Assembly (NCBI GenBank): GCA_951406725.2
Contig: OX597822.1
Coordinates: forward strand, 46,376,001 to 46,440,000
Direction: 5' to 3'
From: Octopus vulgaris
Lineage: Eukaryota
Length of the DNA: 64,000 bases
A model generated the notes under the pieces. It did no database searches. It worked only from the letters and a program-made list of their open reading frames with translations, and was not told the DNA's origin. Every line of letters begins with the position of its first letter. Position 1 is the first letter of the stretch. Positions 1 to 13,680 of this stretch are shown one piece after another. A program made the translations under genes and the position numbers.

Positions 1-451
1 GCTCAGCCTTTATAACCACAATAACAACATGCCTCTTCATTTCTTGAGTAAGCTGAGGGTTTGCCATTATTATTGTCTGAAACAAAGATTATACAGAGTT
101 AGTAAAAAATGCAGCAATGACCTAAAAAAAGTATGTCCTCAAATACCTTACACACCCTGTATGTGTGTGTGTGTGTGTGTGTGTACTAGCCTTGAAGCTG
201 CCATTCAGGCAGTATTCAGAGTGGCTCCTGCACAGGGCACCTTTGAGGCCTTTGGCCCCACTATCAGGCCACTTCTACCTTTGTGTAATGAAATTTATTT
301 CTGCAAATGTGCTAACCACTGATGCTGATCATAGTTTAATCAGTAAGTGTAGGAGCGAAGTAAATGCAGTAAAAATAGGGAGGTCAGTGGGGCCCCATTT
401 AAGTGGCCCTTCAGAAATTCAACCTCCTTACGATACTTCCTGGAAATTCAT

Positions 452-1712
452 CATCATCATCATCATCGTTTAACGTCCATTTTCCATGCTAGCATGGGTT
501 GGACGGTTCGATCAGGGTCTGGGAAGCCAGGAGGCTGCACCAGGCTCCAGTTTGATCTAGCACTGTTTCTACAGCTGGATGCCCTTCCTAATGCCAACCA
601 CTCCATGAGTGTAGTGGGTGCTTTTTACATGCCACCGGCACAGGTGCCAGGGGAGGCTGGCAATGGCCATGATCAGTTGGTGCTTTTTACGTGCCCCTGG
701 CAAGGAAGCCAATCAAGGCGATGCTGGCATCAGCCATGTACAGATGGTGATTTTTACGTGCCAGGGGAGGCTGGCAATGGCCACAATTGGTTGGTGCTTC
801 TTACATGCCACCGGCATGGAAGCCAGTCAAAGCGGCGTTGGCATCGGCCGCATATGGATGGTGCTTTTTACGTGCCACCAGCACAGGTTCCAGGGGAGGC
901 CGGCAACAGCCACAATAAGTTGGTGCTTTTACGTGCCACTGGCATGGAAGTCAGCCAAGATGGCACTGGCATCGGCCACATACGGATGGTTCATTTTACA
1001 TGCCACTGGCACAGGTATCACAACTACAATTTCCATTTGATTTTTGATGTTGATGGTGATGTACTTGACTCAGTGGGTCTTCTCAATCAAGCACGGCAGG
1101 TTGCCCTATGATACAAGGTAAGTACAGTGGGCCGTCCTGCAATCCAAGGCACATTGGAAGGGCTGGGGCTTCTATGGGAAGCTGGTGCAGAAAGCAGCCA
1201 TGAACTCACATTATTTGTCGGGTCTTCGCAGTCACAGCATATCTTCAGAGGTCTCAGTCTTTCGTCATTGCCTGTGTGAGACCCAACGTTCGAAGGTCAT
1301 GCTTGACCACCTCATCCCATGTTTTCCTGGGTCTACCTCTACCCCGGATTCCTTCAACTGTTTGGGAGTAGCACTTCTTCACACATCTCTCCTCATCCAT
1401 CCGTAGTACATGACCATACCAGCGCAGACGTCTCTCTTGCATGCTACATCCAATGCTTCTTATGTCCAGCATTGCTCTCAGGGCACTTACACTCTCTCAT
1501 GTATGCACACTGACATTACACATCCAGCAGATTATACTAGCTTCATTTCTTTCAAGCCTACGCATACCCTCTGCAATCACAGCCCATGTTTCACTGCCAT
1601 GAAGCATGGCAGTTCGCACGCATGCATTGTACAATCTACCTTTCACTCTGAGTGAGAGACCCTTTGTCATCAGTAAGGGTAGGAGCTTTCTAAACTTTGC
1701 CCAGGCTATTAT
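452..1712 (-). mobile_element. 5'-truncated RTE-clade LINE (RT C-terminus plus 3' UTR) with 9-bp TSD
   Basis: Minus ORFs 1497..1721 and 1254..1472 give RTE C-terminal motifs (AWAKFRKLLPLL, MLHGSETW, RRLRWYGHVLRM, GRGRPRKTW). The tail is (GAT)n. GAAATTCAT flanks it at 443-451 and 1713-1721. Confidence 0.85.
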
Positions 1713-1970
1713 GAAATTCATTGTCCTTGCTCCAATTTGGTTGCCAATGCCATGTATTTAGTTTAAAATGCAGTAAAAATAGTGGAGTCAGTGGGGCCCC
1801 AGTTAGGTGGGCCTTAAAAAAATAGACCCCCTTAGGACATTCTCTGGGATCAAGGGAGTTATTGGTTTGAATTTCGTTGTCCTTGCACCAACGGTCTACA
1901 AGGAGTTAATGAACAATAAACGAAAAAGACAGAGAAGCATCACTCAAATTTATATTAAGATGTATGTATA

Positions 1971-2010
<40 letters not shown>

Positions 2011-2489
2011 TAACAAACATTTATATCATATTCATCATCATCATTTAACATCCATTCTCCATGCTGGTATAAACTGAACAGTTTTCCAGGTCCAAGTCAC
2101 TCAGAGGACTGTACCAAGCTCTACTATTTGCTTTTCCAGGATTTCTATTGCTGGATATCCTTCCTAATGCCAGCCACATTACAATGTATACTGGGTCCTT
2201 TTATGTGGTACCAGCAGTGGCAAGATCAAAGACACCCCACTCAGCTGAGAAGGGGAGCAGTATTGAGGAAGTGGCTTTCTGTCTGGTGATGTGAAGTTAC
2301 AGTATGATTGAGGGACAGAAACACGTGTCTTGCTGTAGAGGAGATATGTGGCTACCACAGTTAGGAAAGAGAGGAGAGTGAAAGAGAGAGAGTGAGGGGG
2401 AAGAAAGAGAGAGAGAACAATGGTGAAGATGCGTTGAGGTGAATATAAATAAATATGGAGGATTTGAAATACTGGTGTCATGCAAATGG

Positions 2490-2677
2490 CACCTGTGATG
2501 GTGGCATATAGAAGCACCCATTACACTCTCAGAGTCATTGGCATTAGGAAGGGCATCCAGTTGTAGAAAACCATGCCAAATCAAACTGGAGCCTGGCGCA
2601 GCCTTCCAGCATGCCAGCCCAATCTAACCGTCCAACCCATGCCAGCATGGACAACGGACATTAAAAAATGATGATGG

Positions 2678-2721
<44 letters not shown>

Positions 2722-2798
2722 GTGATGGTGGTGGTGATGATGGTGATGGTGGTGGTGGTGGTGGTGGTGATGGTGATGGTGATGATGATGATGATGAT
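2490..2798 (+). mobile_element. RTE 3'-end fragment with expanded (GAT/GGT)n tail
   Basis: ggcattaggaagggcatccag...ccgtccaacccatgccagcatgg followed by GAT repeats, the same as the other RTE 3' ends in the window. Confidence 0.75.
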
Positions 2799-3147
2799 TT
2801 GACAGCAGTGCAGTGTGGGCAGAAAGTTTGCAAAAACATGAAGGGAGAGTGGAAGACAGAGAAGAGAGGAAGGGAGAATACAGTGAAAGGTGAACATAGG
2901 AAAGATGAGCTGTGAAGGAGAGAGTTGTCAGGGATAGATTATGTGAAAGGGCATAGACTTAAGCAAGAGGCCTTTAGAGACTCATTTTTTACTTAGATGA
3001 ATGGGTTTTCTTGAGCACAGCAAATTACCATTCTTATCAGTCCTCTGTCATTTCCTTGTCTTAAGGTCATTTTCCTCACTTCCACAACAATGGTGGATTT
3101 TCATACTTGTATCCATCAACATAGGATTAGTAAACAAAAGAAAATCT

Positions 3148-3525
3148 TTTCTACTCTAGGCACAAGGCCCAAAATTTGGGGGCAGGACGCCAGTCGATTA
3201 GATCGACCCCAGAATGCAACTGGTACATAATTTATTGACCCTGAAAGGATGAAAAGCAAAATCAACCTCAGCGGAATTTGAACTCAGAATGTAAAGACAG
3301 ACGAAATAATTATTTCTTTACTACTCACAAGGGTCTAAACACAGAGAGGACAAGCAAGGACATACAAACGGATTAAGTCGATTATATCAACCCCAGTGTG
3401 TAACTGGTACTTAATTTATCAACCCTGAAAGGATGAAAGGCAAAGTCGACCTCGACGGAATTTGAACTCAGAACGTAACGGTAGACGAAATACCGCTAAG
3501 CATTTCGTTTTTGCCAGCTCGCCAT
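3148..3525 (-). mobile_element. tRNA-derived SINE dimer (Meta/MESC-like core)
   Basis: Two tandem copies of the gttcaaattccgccgaggtcgactttgcctttcatcctttcggggtcgat core (reverse complement), including a B-box-like GTTCAAATTCC. The core-family name is from recall. Confidence 0.7.
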
Positions 3526-4196
3526 CTCTCAACAGAAGAAAATATGAAAGTGCCTGAGCCAAAGAAATAATGCAGGTGAGTGTATTCTGTACAGGAAAAG
3601 GTAGAGACCATTGAGAAAGTGTAATGGTGGAAGCGTCACGGCATGGGCCATGAATTCAAGCTGTCATAAGTGGAGTTTATTGGCTGGTCTGAGGTGAATA
3701 TTGATTGCATTGATGAATGAAAATGTGTTTCTTGGACTACATGAAGAAGTAACTGACAACACCTGCAAACAACTAGCAAAAGATGTTATTTATTGCTCAC
3801 AAAGGACAAACTGTGTTGGTCTTTTACAAATAGTAAACAGCAATGGTAGCATACTAGGAGAGACATACTGCTTAGAGTTTACAACAAGCTTACTGATACA
3901 GCAGTATGTGGTTTGCTCAGTGTAACTGGAAAATAATTATGTCATATTTGTGGGAAGAATGGAGACACATTGCACAGATTCCTCAACATTCTGCCTGGCA
4001 AAAGGTAAGACATATGAATGAGTCAGCTGGTCTTAATGCTCTGTAAAGTGGGTTGGTGCCTAAAGCGGTTTTCTATAGGGCACAAGGAAAAGATTCTAGA
4101 AGATTGAATCACATGATAGCTTGACATTGATTAGTTATTTAATTGACTAACCACATGAAACTGCTATGGCTTGGCTGTGATATCTGACAGGCTGAA

Positions 4197-4597
4197 AGGC
4201 GGTGAGCTGGCAGAATTGTTAGCATGCCGGGCAAGATGCTTTGCGGTATTTCGTCTGCCGCTACATTCTGAGTTCAAATTCCACCGAGGTCGACTTTGCC
4301 TTTCATCCAGTCGGGGTCGATTAAATAAGTACCAGTTACGCACTGGGGTCGATATGATCGACTTAATCCGTTTGTCTGTCCTTGTTTGTCCTCTCTGTGT
4401 TTAGCCCCATATGGGTAGTAAAGAAATAGGTATTTCATCTGTCTTTATGTTCTGAGTTCAAATTCCACCTAGGTCGACTTTGCCTTTCATCCTTTCGGTG
4501 TCGATAAGTTAAGTAGCAGTTGCATACTGGGATCAATCTAATTGACTGCCCCCCACTCACCAAAAATTTCAAGCCTTGTGCCAAGAGTAGAAAAGGA
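4197..4597 (+). mobile_element. tRNA-derived SINE dimer (Meta/MESC-like core)
   Basis: ggcggtgagctggcagaa head followed by two cores ending in two different tails (..aaagaaatag and ..ccttgtgccaagagtagaaaagga). Confidence 0.75.
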
Positions 4598-5004
4598 TAT
4601 CTGAGTGGCTGCCAAGTGGTCCAGTTTTAAATCACTGACCCAATGCCATTTATAAAGTATGAGAAGATGATTCATTTATCACTGATTCATTTATCCCTAT
4701 GTCTTTTTGGACCCCATCATCCATGTTAAACAAGACTAGATGTACTTATTTTATTAACTGTCTTTAAGATTGGCTAAGTCCTCTTTTAGTATAAGGGGAC
4801 ATAACTTTATGTTTAACTACCACATTCTTTTTTATTACACTCACACCAATTTACATGCACGTACACACACACACACACACACAGAGGCATACCTTAACTT
4901 ACGTCGTTTCATCTATTTTGACTTGACATGCTTTTTTTTTTAACAAATTAATGGAGAAGCCAAATATCAACTTCAGTTGACGTTTAAAAACATAAAAATT
5001 TTAA

Positions 5005-5723
5005 CTCTTTAGCATTTGGGTTATTCTGTCAAATGTTTTGTTTATTTATTTACATTGTTTAGAATTATTAATGCATTAAAAAATGAATAATCCTTTCTCC
5101 TATAGGCACAAGACCTGAAATTTTGGGGGAGGGGACCAGTCGATTACATCAACCCCAGTGTTCCACTGGTACTTAATTTATCGACCTTGAAAGGATGAAA
5201 GGCAAAGTCGACCCCAGTAGCATTTGAACTCAGAATGTAAAGACAAGCGAAATACTGCTCAAGCATTTTGCCCGGTATGCTAATGATACTGCCAGCTCGC
5301 TGCCTTATTAAAAAATGAATAATGCTAATGAAATTATTGTGTACAATGCTCAGGTGCACAACAACTCATCAAAGGTGCATGTACAGTACATAGAATTATG
5401 TACAAAAGTCAGGAAAATGAACAGTGTATGAGTCATGATATACATGTGAGCATGCGTATGGAAGGTGGAATATCAGGTGTAGTATTGGCGAATTTCAGAA
5501 AGCATGGAGGTTTTAAAGGATGCGATGTCTTGGCTGCTATCAACTGATGCAGGTAGTTTGTTCCTTGCTTCAGCAACTCTTAAGACTTAGAGATTTTTGT
5601 AATGTGACTGTTTATTTTTAGAATGACATTGTAGGGTAGGTGTAAGAGGCAGGATTTGGCCAGTTTGAACCTAAGACAGATAGAATATCTTATCCAGATA
5701 CAGCCGGTTTAAATGTTAAAGGG
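5005..5723. mobile_element. piggyBac-like MITE with nested SINE and LINE-tail insertions
   Basis: TTAA|CTCTTTAGCATT...AATGTTAAAGGG|TTAA. Uninterrupted ~220-bp relatives lie at 40098-40321 and 56463-56682. Confidence 0.6.
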
Positions 5724-6254
5724 TTAAATAGACCTAAAAAACCAACACTGAATTGGAAAACCAAATAAAATACATGTGAAAATATGTACAAATGATTTAT
5801 TAAAACACAATATGAAGCTAATAAGTTTTTTAAGCTTTTTCATGTTACATCATTTTTGAGTTGAATCAGTTCTTGGAACTGATAACTGCTGTAAGTTGAG
5901 GTATTCCTGCATTTATGTATACCATTCAGTTTCAGTTTACCAAATTTCACTCTCCAGGCGTTGGTCAACGCCAAGACTATGGTAGAAAATATTTGCATAT
6001 GATAACATGCTGTGGGATTGATCCTGAACCTTTGTGGAGGTGAAACAAGCTTCTTAATCACTCAACCAACAACCAAAAGGTGCAAATACCATTCTCAAAT
6101 TGAAAATATTTTGTAGGTGCAAGTGTGGTTGTGTGGTTAAGAGGTTTGCTTCCCAAGCACGTGGTTTCAGGTTCAATCTCACTACATGGTACTTTGGGCA
6201 AGTATCTCCTACTACTGCCCTGAACCAATCAAAGCAAATGAATTTCTTCATCAT

Positions 6255-8312
6255 TTTCATCATTTGACCTCCATTTTCCATGCTGGCATGGGTTGGACAG
6301 TTTGACAGGAGCTGGCGAGCCTGAGAGCTGCACCAGACTCCATTTGTCTGTTATGGCATAGTGTCTACCACTGGATGATCCTCCTAATGCCAACCACTCT
6401 ACAGAATGTGTTGGGTGCTTTTTACGTGCCACTGGCACAGCTGCATTTATGCGGCACCGACATGAGTGCATTTTACATGGCACCAGCACTTGCATGACAA
6501 AGACCTCTCAGCTGGGAGAAGGAATGATGGTATAGCCATAAAGAACATGCTTGTATGAATGGTTTTTACTTAGCTTCATGTGCTTTCTCAAGTACAGCAA
6601 ACTGCCACAAGTCCCGGTCCCTTTGATTCATTTCTTAAGTGAGACCCAACATTTGAAGATCCTTTCTCACCACTTCATCCCTTCCTGGATTTACCCCTTC
6701 ATAGAATTTGGAACTTGTTTAAACAGCTCTCCTCATTCATACAGATTACATGGTCATACCAGTGCAGTCTTCTCTCTTGAACACAACATCTGATGCTTCT
6801 TATAACCAGTTTACCTCTTAAATCATTTAAACTCTGTCGTATGTGCACACTGACATTTCCCATCCAGCAGAATATGCTAACTTCATTTCTTTCAAGCTTT
6901 TGCATGTCCTCTATAGTCACAGCCCGTGTTTCACTGTCATGTAGCATAGCTGTATGTACACAGGCATCATACAATCTGTCTTTCATTCTGGGGGAGAGAC
7001 CCTTAGTTACCAACAAAGTAGGAGCTGGAGTTAAGATTTTTGCCAACATAACATGGCAGTCCTACTTTAGGACGAATGTTGCTGTAACCAGGACTGCCAT
7101 GTTATGTTGGCAAAAATCTACTCCTAAGTACTGTTGCTGAATATCTCTCGTGAGATTTTAAAATAGTAATTTTCTAAAGTAGGAGTTCTCTGAACCTTGC
7201 CCAGCCTGTTCTTATTCTAGCAACTATGTTTCAGAACTCTCTCCTCTACTGCTAACTTGGTCACCTAAGTAACAGAAGCTATCTACCACTTCTAAGGATC
7301 CCCCAAGCATTTGAGGATGTCTATTCTGTGAGCATTCTTAGTGCCTACTGTACCCATACATTTTCCACACACAAAGACTATTTTCTCTGTTAACATTCCT
7401 GTGATACTGATACAACTCTTATGTGTCCAAAGTTTGCACTAAGATACAACATATGGAGTTTCTATCAACACCATTCTTACATATTGAACAAAGCCATCAC
7501 CCTGAAGGGACTTGTGATTTGTCTGTTTTCCTACTTATTAGGACTTTGGTCTCTGCTAAATTAATTCTAAGATTCTAAAGCCCTTAGATTCCAAACCTTG
7601 CTTTCATACCTGAAATTTCTTTTCTAGGTCAGGTAGAGATTCAGCTATAAGAACAAGGTCATTAGCATAGAGGAACTCCTGGGGGCAGTCAGTCTTGACT
7701 TCCTTTATTATGGCCAGGAGGACTATGATAAACAAGAAGGGGCTGAGGCCTGATCCTTTGTGAGCCTAGATGTACACTAAATTTATTATTATACTGATTA
7801 TCAACCTTCACCTTACTGGCAGCATCCCTTTACATAGTGTATGCAGCTCTCACCAACCACTCATCTATCATTTGCTTCCACGGTGATCACCAGATAAGGG
7901 AGTTGAGGACCCTGTCAAATGCTTTCTCCATGTCAACAAAAGCCAAGTACAGAGGTTTATTTTTGACTAAATACTTATCCCTCGGTTTCTTTACCAAGCA
8001 TCTAGCATCAGTTGTACTTCTTTCTGGCCCAAAACCAAACTGCATCTCATCTATTTTAACCCTCTTCCTAATTAGTTGAGCTATAATCCTCTCTGTAACT
8101 GATTACCTGGTCCAGCAATTTGATACCTCTGTAATTATTTCTGTTTAAGGCATCACCTTTACTTTTGTAGCTGTTGACTATGGTACTGTTACACAAGTTG
8201 TTGGGTATGACTCCCACATGGACAACCAGATTAACTATATGAATAACTAGGTGATATCCCATTCTGACAGATATTTTAAGCATCTCAATCATGATTCCTG
8301 ATGGACTGAGGG
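6255..8312 (-). mobile_element. Decayed RTE LINE (RT region plus 3' UTR)
   Basis: ORF pieces KGDALNRNNYRGIKLLDQ, TAMLHDSET and RRLHWYDHV, with an RTE 3' end at ~6255-6440. Confidence 0.8.
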
Positions 8313-8799
8313 CCTGTATGTGTGGGTGTGTATATACATATATATGTATATGTGTATGTATATATGAATATATATATATATATTTCTTTATTGCCCACAA
8401 GGGGCTAAACATAGAGGGGACAAACAAGGACAGACAAAAGGATTAAGTCGATTACATCAACCCAGTACATAACAGGTACTTAATTTATCGACCCCGAAAG
8501 GATGAAAGGCAAAGTCGACCTCGGCGGAATTTGAACTCACAACATAACGGCAGACGAAATACCACTAAGCATTTCGGCCGGCGTGCTAACATTTCTGCCA
8601 GCTTGCATTAAGTAGGATATATATATATATATATCCAACTTAATGTGGATATCTTGTAAGAATGCTGTACAGGATCCCAGAATGCTGTACAGGAGCCCAG
8701 CAAAATTTGGTTAGGGGGTGCAAATCTAGGTCCAAATGTGATTTTTTCAATGTTAGCATTAAAAAACAAATGCAGGTATAATAATAATTTTTATTATTA

Positions 8800-9300
8800 T
8801 AAGGGTTGGCTGAAATGTTCATAGGCTGAGCAAGACACTCTCGTGGAATGTAACCAAATGAAGTTCCTTTTTTAACATAGTTCCTCTTGCTGTCAACACA
8901 CTTCCATGAGTAGTTGCAGAGCTTGGATTGCATTGGTGAAGAAACTATTCTGTTGGTCAAAATGGTCATCAACAGCAGATAAGATGTCATCATCACAGTG
9001 ATGCTGGTGCCCAGCCGAGTGTTTTTCTGTGTTGGGAAACAGATGATGACCAGATGGAACCAAATCCTAAAATAGGGAGGGTGATCAACCAGTTCAAAGC
9101 CAGTCACACACAGCAGTCACTAAAACTAAGGACTTGTGTGCCAAAGTATTGTCTTAATGAAACAAGATCCCATTCATCAGTTTTTCTGGGTGTTGGGTCT
9201 TGATAAGCTTTCATAACTGCTTTAGCAAGTTAGCATTGATCTTTCAATTGATGGTGTGATCATTTTGAAGATAGTCAATAAACACAATATTTTTTGCATT
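8800..9300 (-). mobile_element. mariner transposon relic (TIR plus transposase C-terminus)
   Basis: GFELVDHPPY resembles mariner HPPYSPDL. TIR-like ggctgaaatgttcataggctga is shared with 48544. Confidence 0.65.
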
Positions 9301-10298
9301 GAGGGCAGCAAGCTGGCAGAATCATTAGCACACCAGGTGAAATGCTTAGCAGTATTTCATCTGCTGTTACGTTCTGAGTTCAAATTCCACCAAGGTCAAC
9401 TTTGCCTTTGATCCTTTCGGGATCGATTAAATAAGTACCATTTACACACTGGGATCGATGTAATCGACTTAATCCCTTTGTCTGTCCTTCTTTGCCCCCT
9501 CTATGTTTAGCCCTCTGTGGGCAATAAAAAAAAAAATATTTTTTGTATTAATGTATATGTAATAATGTAAAATATATTTTGCATATTAAAATGTTTAATT
9601 TTGGAAATATATCAAGCAGAGAAAACATAAGCAGTAAAAATACCAATTGCAAGTATTTCAAAATGTAGGGCACTACATGATGGAAACTAACAAAAAAGGA
9701 AGAAAATAGTGGTGCTTGTGTTCCAAAGGCACAATGAGAAGGCTCAGGAGAAAGATAGAAAGATGGGATTGAAGAGAAGAAAGATAGAAGGAAAGAAAAG
9801 AACGAAACGTGAAAAGGTAAACTGGGGGTCTGAAGTGAATGCTAGGCAGGAGATGGAACAAAATACATATCTTACCTTTACACTGGTCAAGTAGAAAAAG
9901 ATGGATGATAAAAAATTGGATAGTCTTTTGGTACCAAAAAGTGAAGAAAGAGAAGCAGAGTGGAGTAGAGAGGGCTGGGGAAGAGCATGTAGGAAGAAAG
10001 AAGGAGTGCAGGGAAAAAAAGAGAATAAAGATAGACTGTGGGTAGTTGACAGAGATGGACAGAGGAAGAAATGGAAGGTAGTAAAGAGAGAAAGGCAGCA
10101 GATAAGTAGACATATAGAAACAGATGGAGAAGGTTTTGTGCACAAGAGGAGAGAGGTGAAGGATAGAGAAATGGGTAGAAAAGAAAGGAAATCTTACACC
10201 AAATATTGAACATTGTGTGGGGTGCTTCTGAGTGAGAACAGGAGTGGGGTGTGTGACATTACATTGACTAACAACCATAAAATGTTGCACAGGAAGTC

Positions 10299-10362
<64 letters not shown>

Positions 10363-10691
10363 TAGAACACCTAGCATTGTAGGTATTCTAACACCTTCTG
10401 TCATATATAATGACAATTATAGTTTCCTTTTTGGTGATTCATTGCTAAAACACTGCCTAATTTAATTATATATATACTACATACATTCTTCTACTTTTTC
10501 ACTTCTTTCAGTCATTTGACTGTGGCCATGTTGAAGCACCACCTTAAGGGGTTTTAGTCAAAGAAATTGACTCCAGGACTTATTCTTTGTAAACCTAGTA
10601 ATTATTCTATCAATCTCTTTTGCCGAACTACTAAGTTACAGGCAATGTAAATGCACCAGCATGGCTTGTCATGCGATGGTAAGGGGACAAA

Positions 10692-11106
10692 GGCGGCGAG
10701 CTGGCAGAATTGTTAGCACACCGGGTGAAATGCTTAGCAGTATTTCGTCTGCCGCTATGTTCTGAGTTCAAATTCCGCCGAGGTCGACTTTGCCTTTCAT
10801 CCTTTCTGGGTCGATAAATTAAGTACTAGTTACGCACTGGGGTCGATATAATCGACTTAATCCGTCTGTCTGTCCTTGTTTGTCTCCTCTGTGTTTAGCA
10901 CCTTGTGGGTAGTAAAGAAATAGGTATTTCGTGTGCCGTTACGTTCTGAGTTCAAATTCCGCCGAGGTCGACTTTGCCTTTCATCCTTTCGGGGTCAATT
11001 AAATAAGTACCAGTTACACACTGGGGTCGATATAATCGACTTAATCCGTTTGTCTGTCCTTGTTTGTCCTCTCTGTGTTTAGCCCCTTGTGGGTAGTAAA
11101 GAAATA
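10692..11106 (+). mobile_element. SINE homodimer inserted into another SINE, 14-bp TSD
   Basis: GGTAAGGGGACAAA at 10678-10691 and 11107-11120 flanks two tandem Meta-like cores. Confidence 0.8.
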
Positions 11107-11180
11107 GGTAAGGGGACAAACACAGCGCACACACACATCCACACATATAGATATAGTTGTTTGCTGACTCCAATTTTTTC

Positions 11181-11223
<43 letters not shown>

Positions 11224-12199
11224 AATTTCTGGATGCTGCTGTTTTATGAAGGTTTACTATCTTGTCATTGAAAGCTCAAAACAGGGAGTAATTAACACTC
11301 AACAACTGAGGAAGGGTTATATTTCTTTTGGTATTTTGTCTCATACTTGTCTCTCATTGCGTTTATACTTTTCACTTGTTGAGGCTGTCCTGTTCTTATT
11401 GTGTATTTTTTAGTATTTTGTCCTGTACTTATCTCTCATGTGTTTACATATTTTTCACTCATTGGTGATGTCCTGTACTTAATGTATTTTATATTTATTT
11501 ATAATCAAACACCATGCAGCCTTGTCCACAGTAAGTTTTTACTTTTATTTATAATTTCTGTGGCTCTAATCTCTGTTCCCTTTCTTTCTTTCTCTCTATC
11601 CCTCTATAATCCTCTTTATTTTCCGTTTCTCCCCCTCCTTCTTTGCTGTCCCCTGTCTATCTTTCTTCCACTCCCTAATATCTTATCTTCCTTCTCCCGT
11701 CTCCTCACTCCCTTTTGTTTCTTTCCCTCATCCTCTCTCCTGTCTCCTTTCTCCTCTGCCTGTTTGCTCCCATGTGACTACAGGCCATTTTTTTCTCAAC
11801 TCTCTCTTTTTTTTGGACGCTACGCGTACATAGCTGGATGTCATTTTTCCTTGTCTCCCGACATTTTTCTCTCTTTTTCTCTCTTCTACTATTTTCTTCT
11901 CTTCTATTTATTCTATATCCTTTCAAACTTTCTCCCAGGCGTTACCCATTAAAATGTGCTCTTGGCCTAACGGCCCTTAATATTTGTTTTTGTTGATTGT
12001 TTACTCTGTACGTCCACCCTGTCATTGTTTGTTCGTTTGAAGCCCTAACTCTTCACAAATTTTATACTTTTAAAATTTCTGGATGCTGCTGCTTTATGAA
12101 GTTTACCTATCTTGTTGTTGAAAGCATGAAATAGGGAGTAATAAACAGTCGACAACTGAGGAGAAGTATTTTGTCCCGTACTTGTTTATCGTTATGTAC

Positions 12200-12570
12200 T
12201 CTTTTACTTGTTTCAGTCACGTGACTGTGGCCATGCTGGGGCACTGCCTTTTAGTCAAGCAAATCAACCCCAGGACTAATTCTTTGTAAGCCTAGTACAT
12301 ATTCTATTGGTCTCTTTTGCCGAACCACTAACTTACAGGGACGTAAACACACCAGCATCGGTTGTCAAGCAATGGTGGGGAGACAAACACAGACACACAA
12401 ACATAAAAGCACACATACATATATATACATATATATGACAGGCTTCTTTCAGTTTCCATCTACCAAATCCACTCACAAGGCTTTGGTTGGCCTGAGGCTA
12501 TAGTAGAAGACACTTGCCCACGGTGCCACTCTGTGGGACTGAACCCAGAACCATGTGGTTTGTAAGCAAG
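12200..12570 (-). mobile_element. tRNA-derived SINE family 2 (CR1-like tail)
   Basis: tRNA-like head (ggttcagtcccac), gggcaagtgtcttctactatagcc body and ccagcatggccacagtcacgtgactgaaacaagtaaaaga tail on the minus strand. Confidence 0.8.
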
Positions 12571-12880
12571 AGTCTACTAGAGTGACATATTAATAAAAAT
12601 CTGTAAATATAAAACCATCCAGATTTCTGAGTACCTTATTTCTTCTAATATATAATACCTGTACATCACCTCCAAACCTTCTAATATATATAACAGTTTT
12701 TTTCATAGCGTTTTTCCAATGGCCGGATATGGTGGTGTGGATTTCCACCTCAGCAGCCGAAACTCAGAGTTTTATCTTGGCTACTGAATAATTGTCACAT
12801 ATTATATTTACAGATAAATTCCTCTGTTTACATAATTTTGAGGTCTCTTTCGTTCTTTTGTTATCTTACCGTTTTTACCA

Positions 12881-12919
<39 letters not shown>

Positions 12920-13194
12920 CATATATATACATATATATACATGTATATATATACACGGCCACAGCTCGTGAGCTGAAACTAGAATCAATCAATCATATAT
13001 GTATACACACACACACACACACACACATACATACACACGCACTGAAACAGACAAATTGATTAAAAAATTGCTCAGAAGGTAGCAATTTGAAAAATCACAT
13101 AGAAGTGGTGGGTGAGGGCGGTGATCACTACAATGGTGGTTGCTTCAGTGGCAGCAGTGTAAGATGTGTGCTTTGGCATATATATCAATAGGTG

Positions 13195-13234
<40 letters not shown>

Positions 13235-13263
13235 ATACATATAAAACATTGATCAGAGAACAT

Positions 13264-13678
13264 TGTAGTGATGCTACTGTGTAGGGTTCAGCGCGCATGC
13301 GCAGAATGGGACTACTTCCGGGTGGCCACCGGAAGTCTTCCCCATGCGCATGTGCGGGAAACGATCCCTTCGGCCCGCTAAACTCAAATCATTCTCTCTG
13401 GCAAGTCAGCCAACGCGATCGGACGTACATTTCGCAGGCTCTGATAAACTCACCGACTTAGCCGCCAACGACCATCGAACCTCTTCAACAAAACGAACAA
13501 GAAGCTGTACATCAGAGGCTGTCCTTCTCCCATCAGACACACGTACGCCATCGCAATAAATAAACGAACTGCTGTCTTTTACCTACAACCTGACCACGTC
13601 TGTATTGTCTTACAAAAATTGTATGTGACTGGATCGGATCGACACCCTTTCAGTGAATCGATAACCCATCCTGTTACA
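13264..13678 (+). repeat. 5' LTR
   Basis: Direct repeat of 18056-18470 with about 6 substitutions by eye. TG...CA ends. AATAAA at 13555. Confidence 0.95.
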
Positions 13679-13680
13679 AT

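Noticed and set aside
9673-11952. Hydrophobic membrane-protein-like ORFs
   Set aside because: They derive from CT/GA-rich low-complexity DNA (F/L/S bias).
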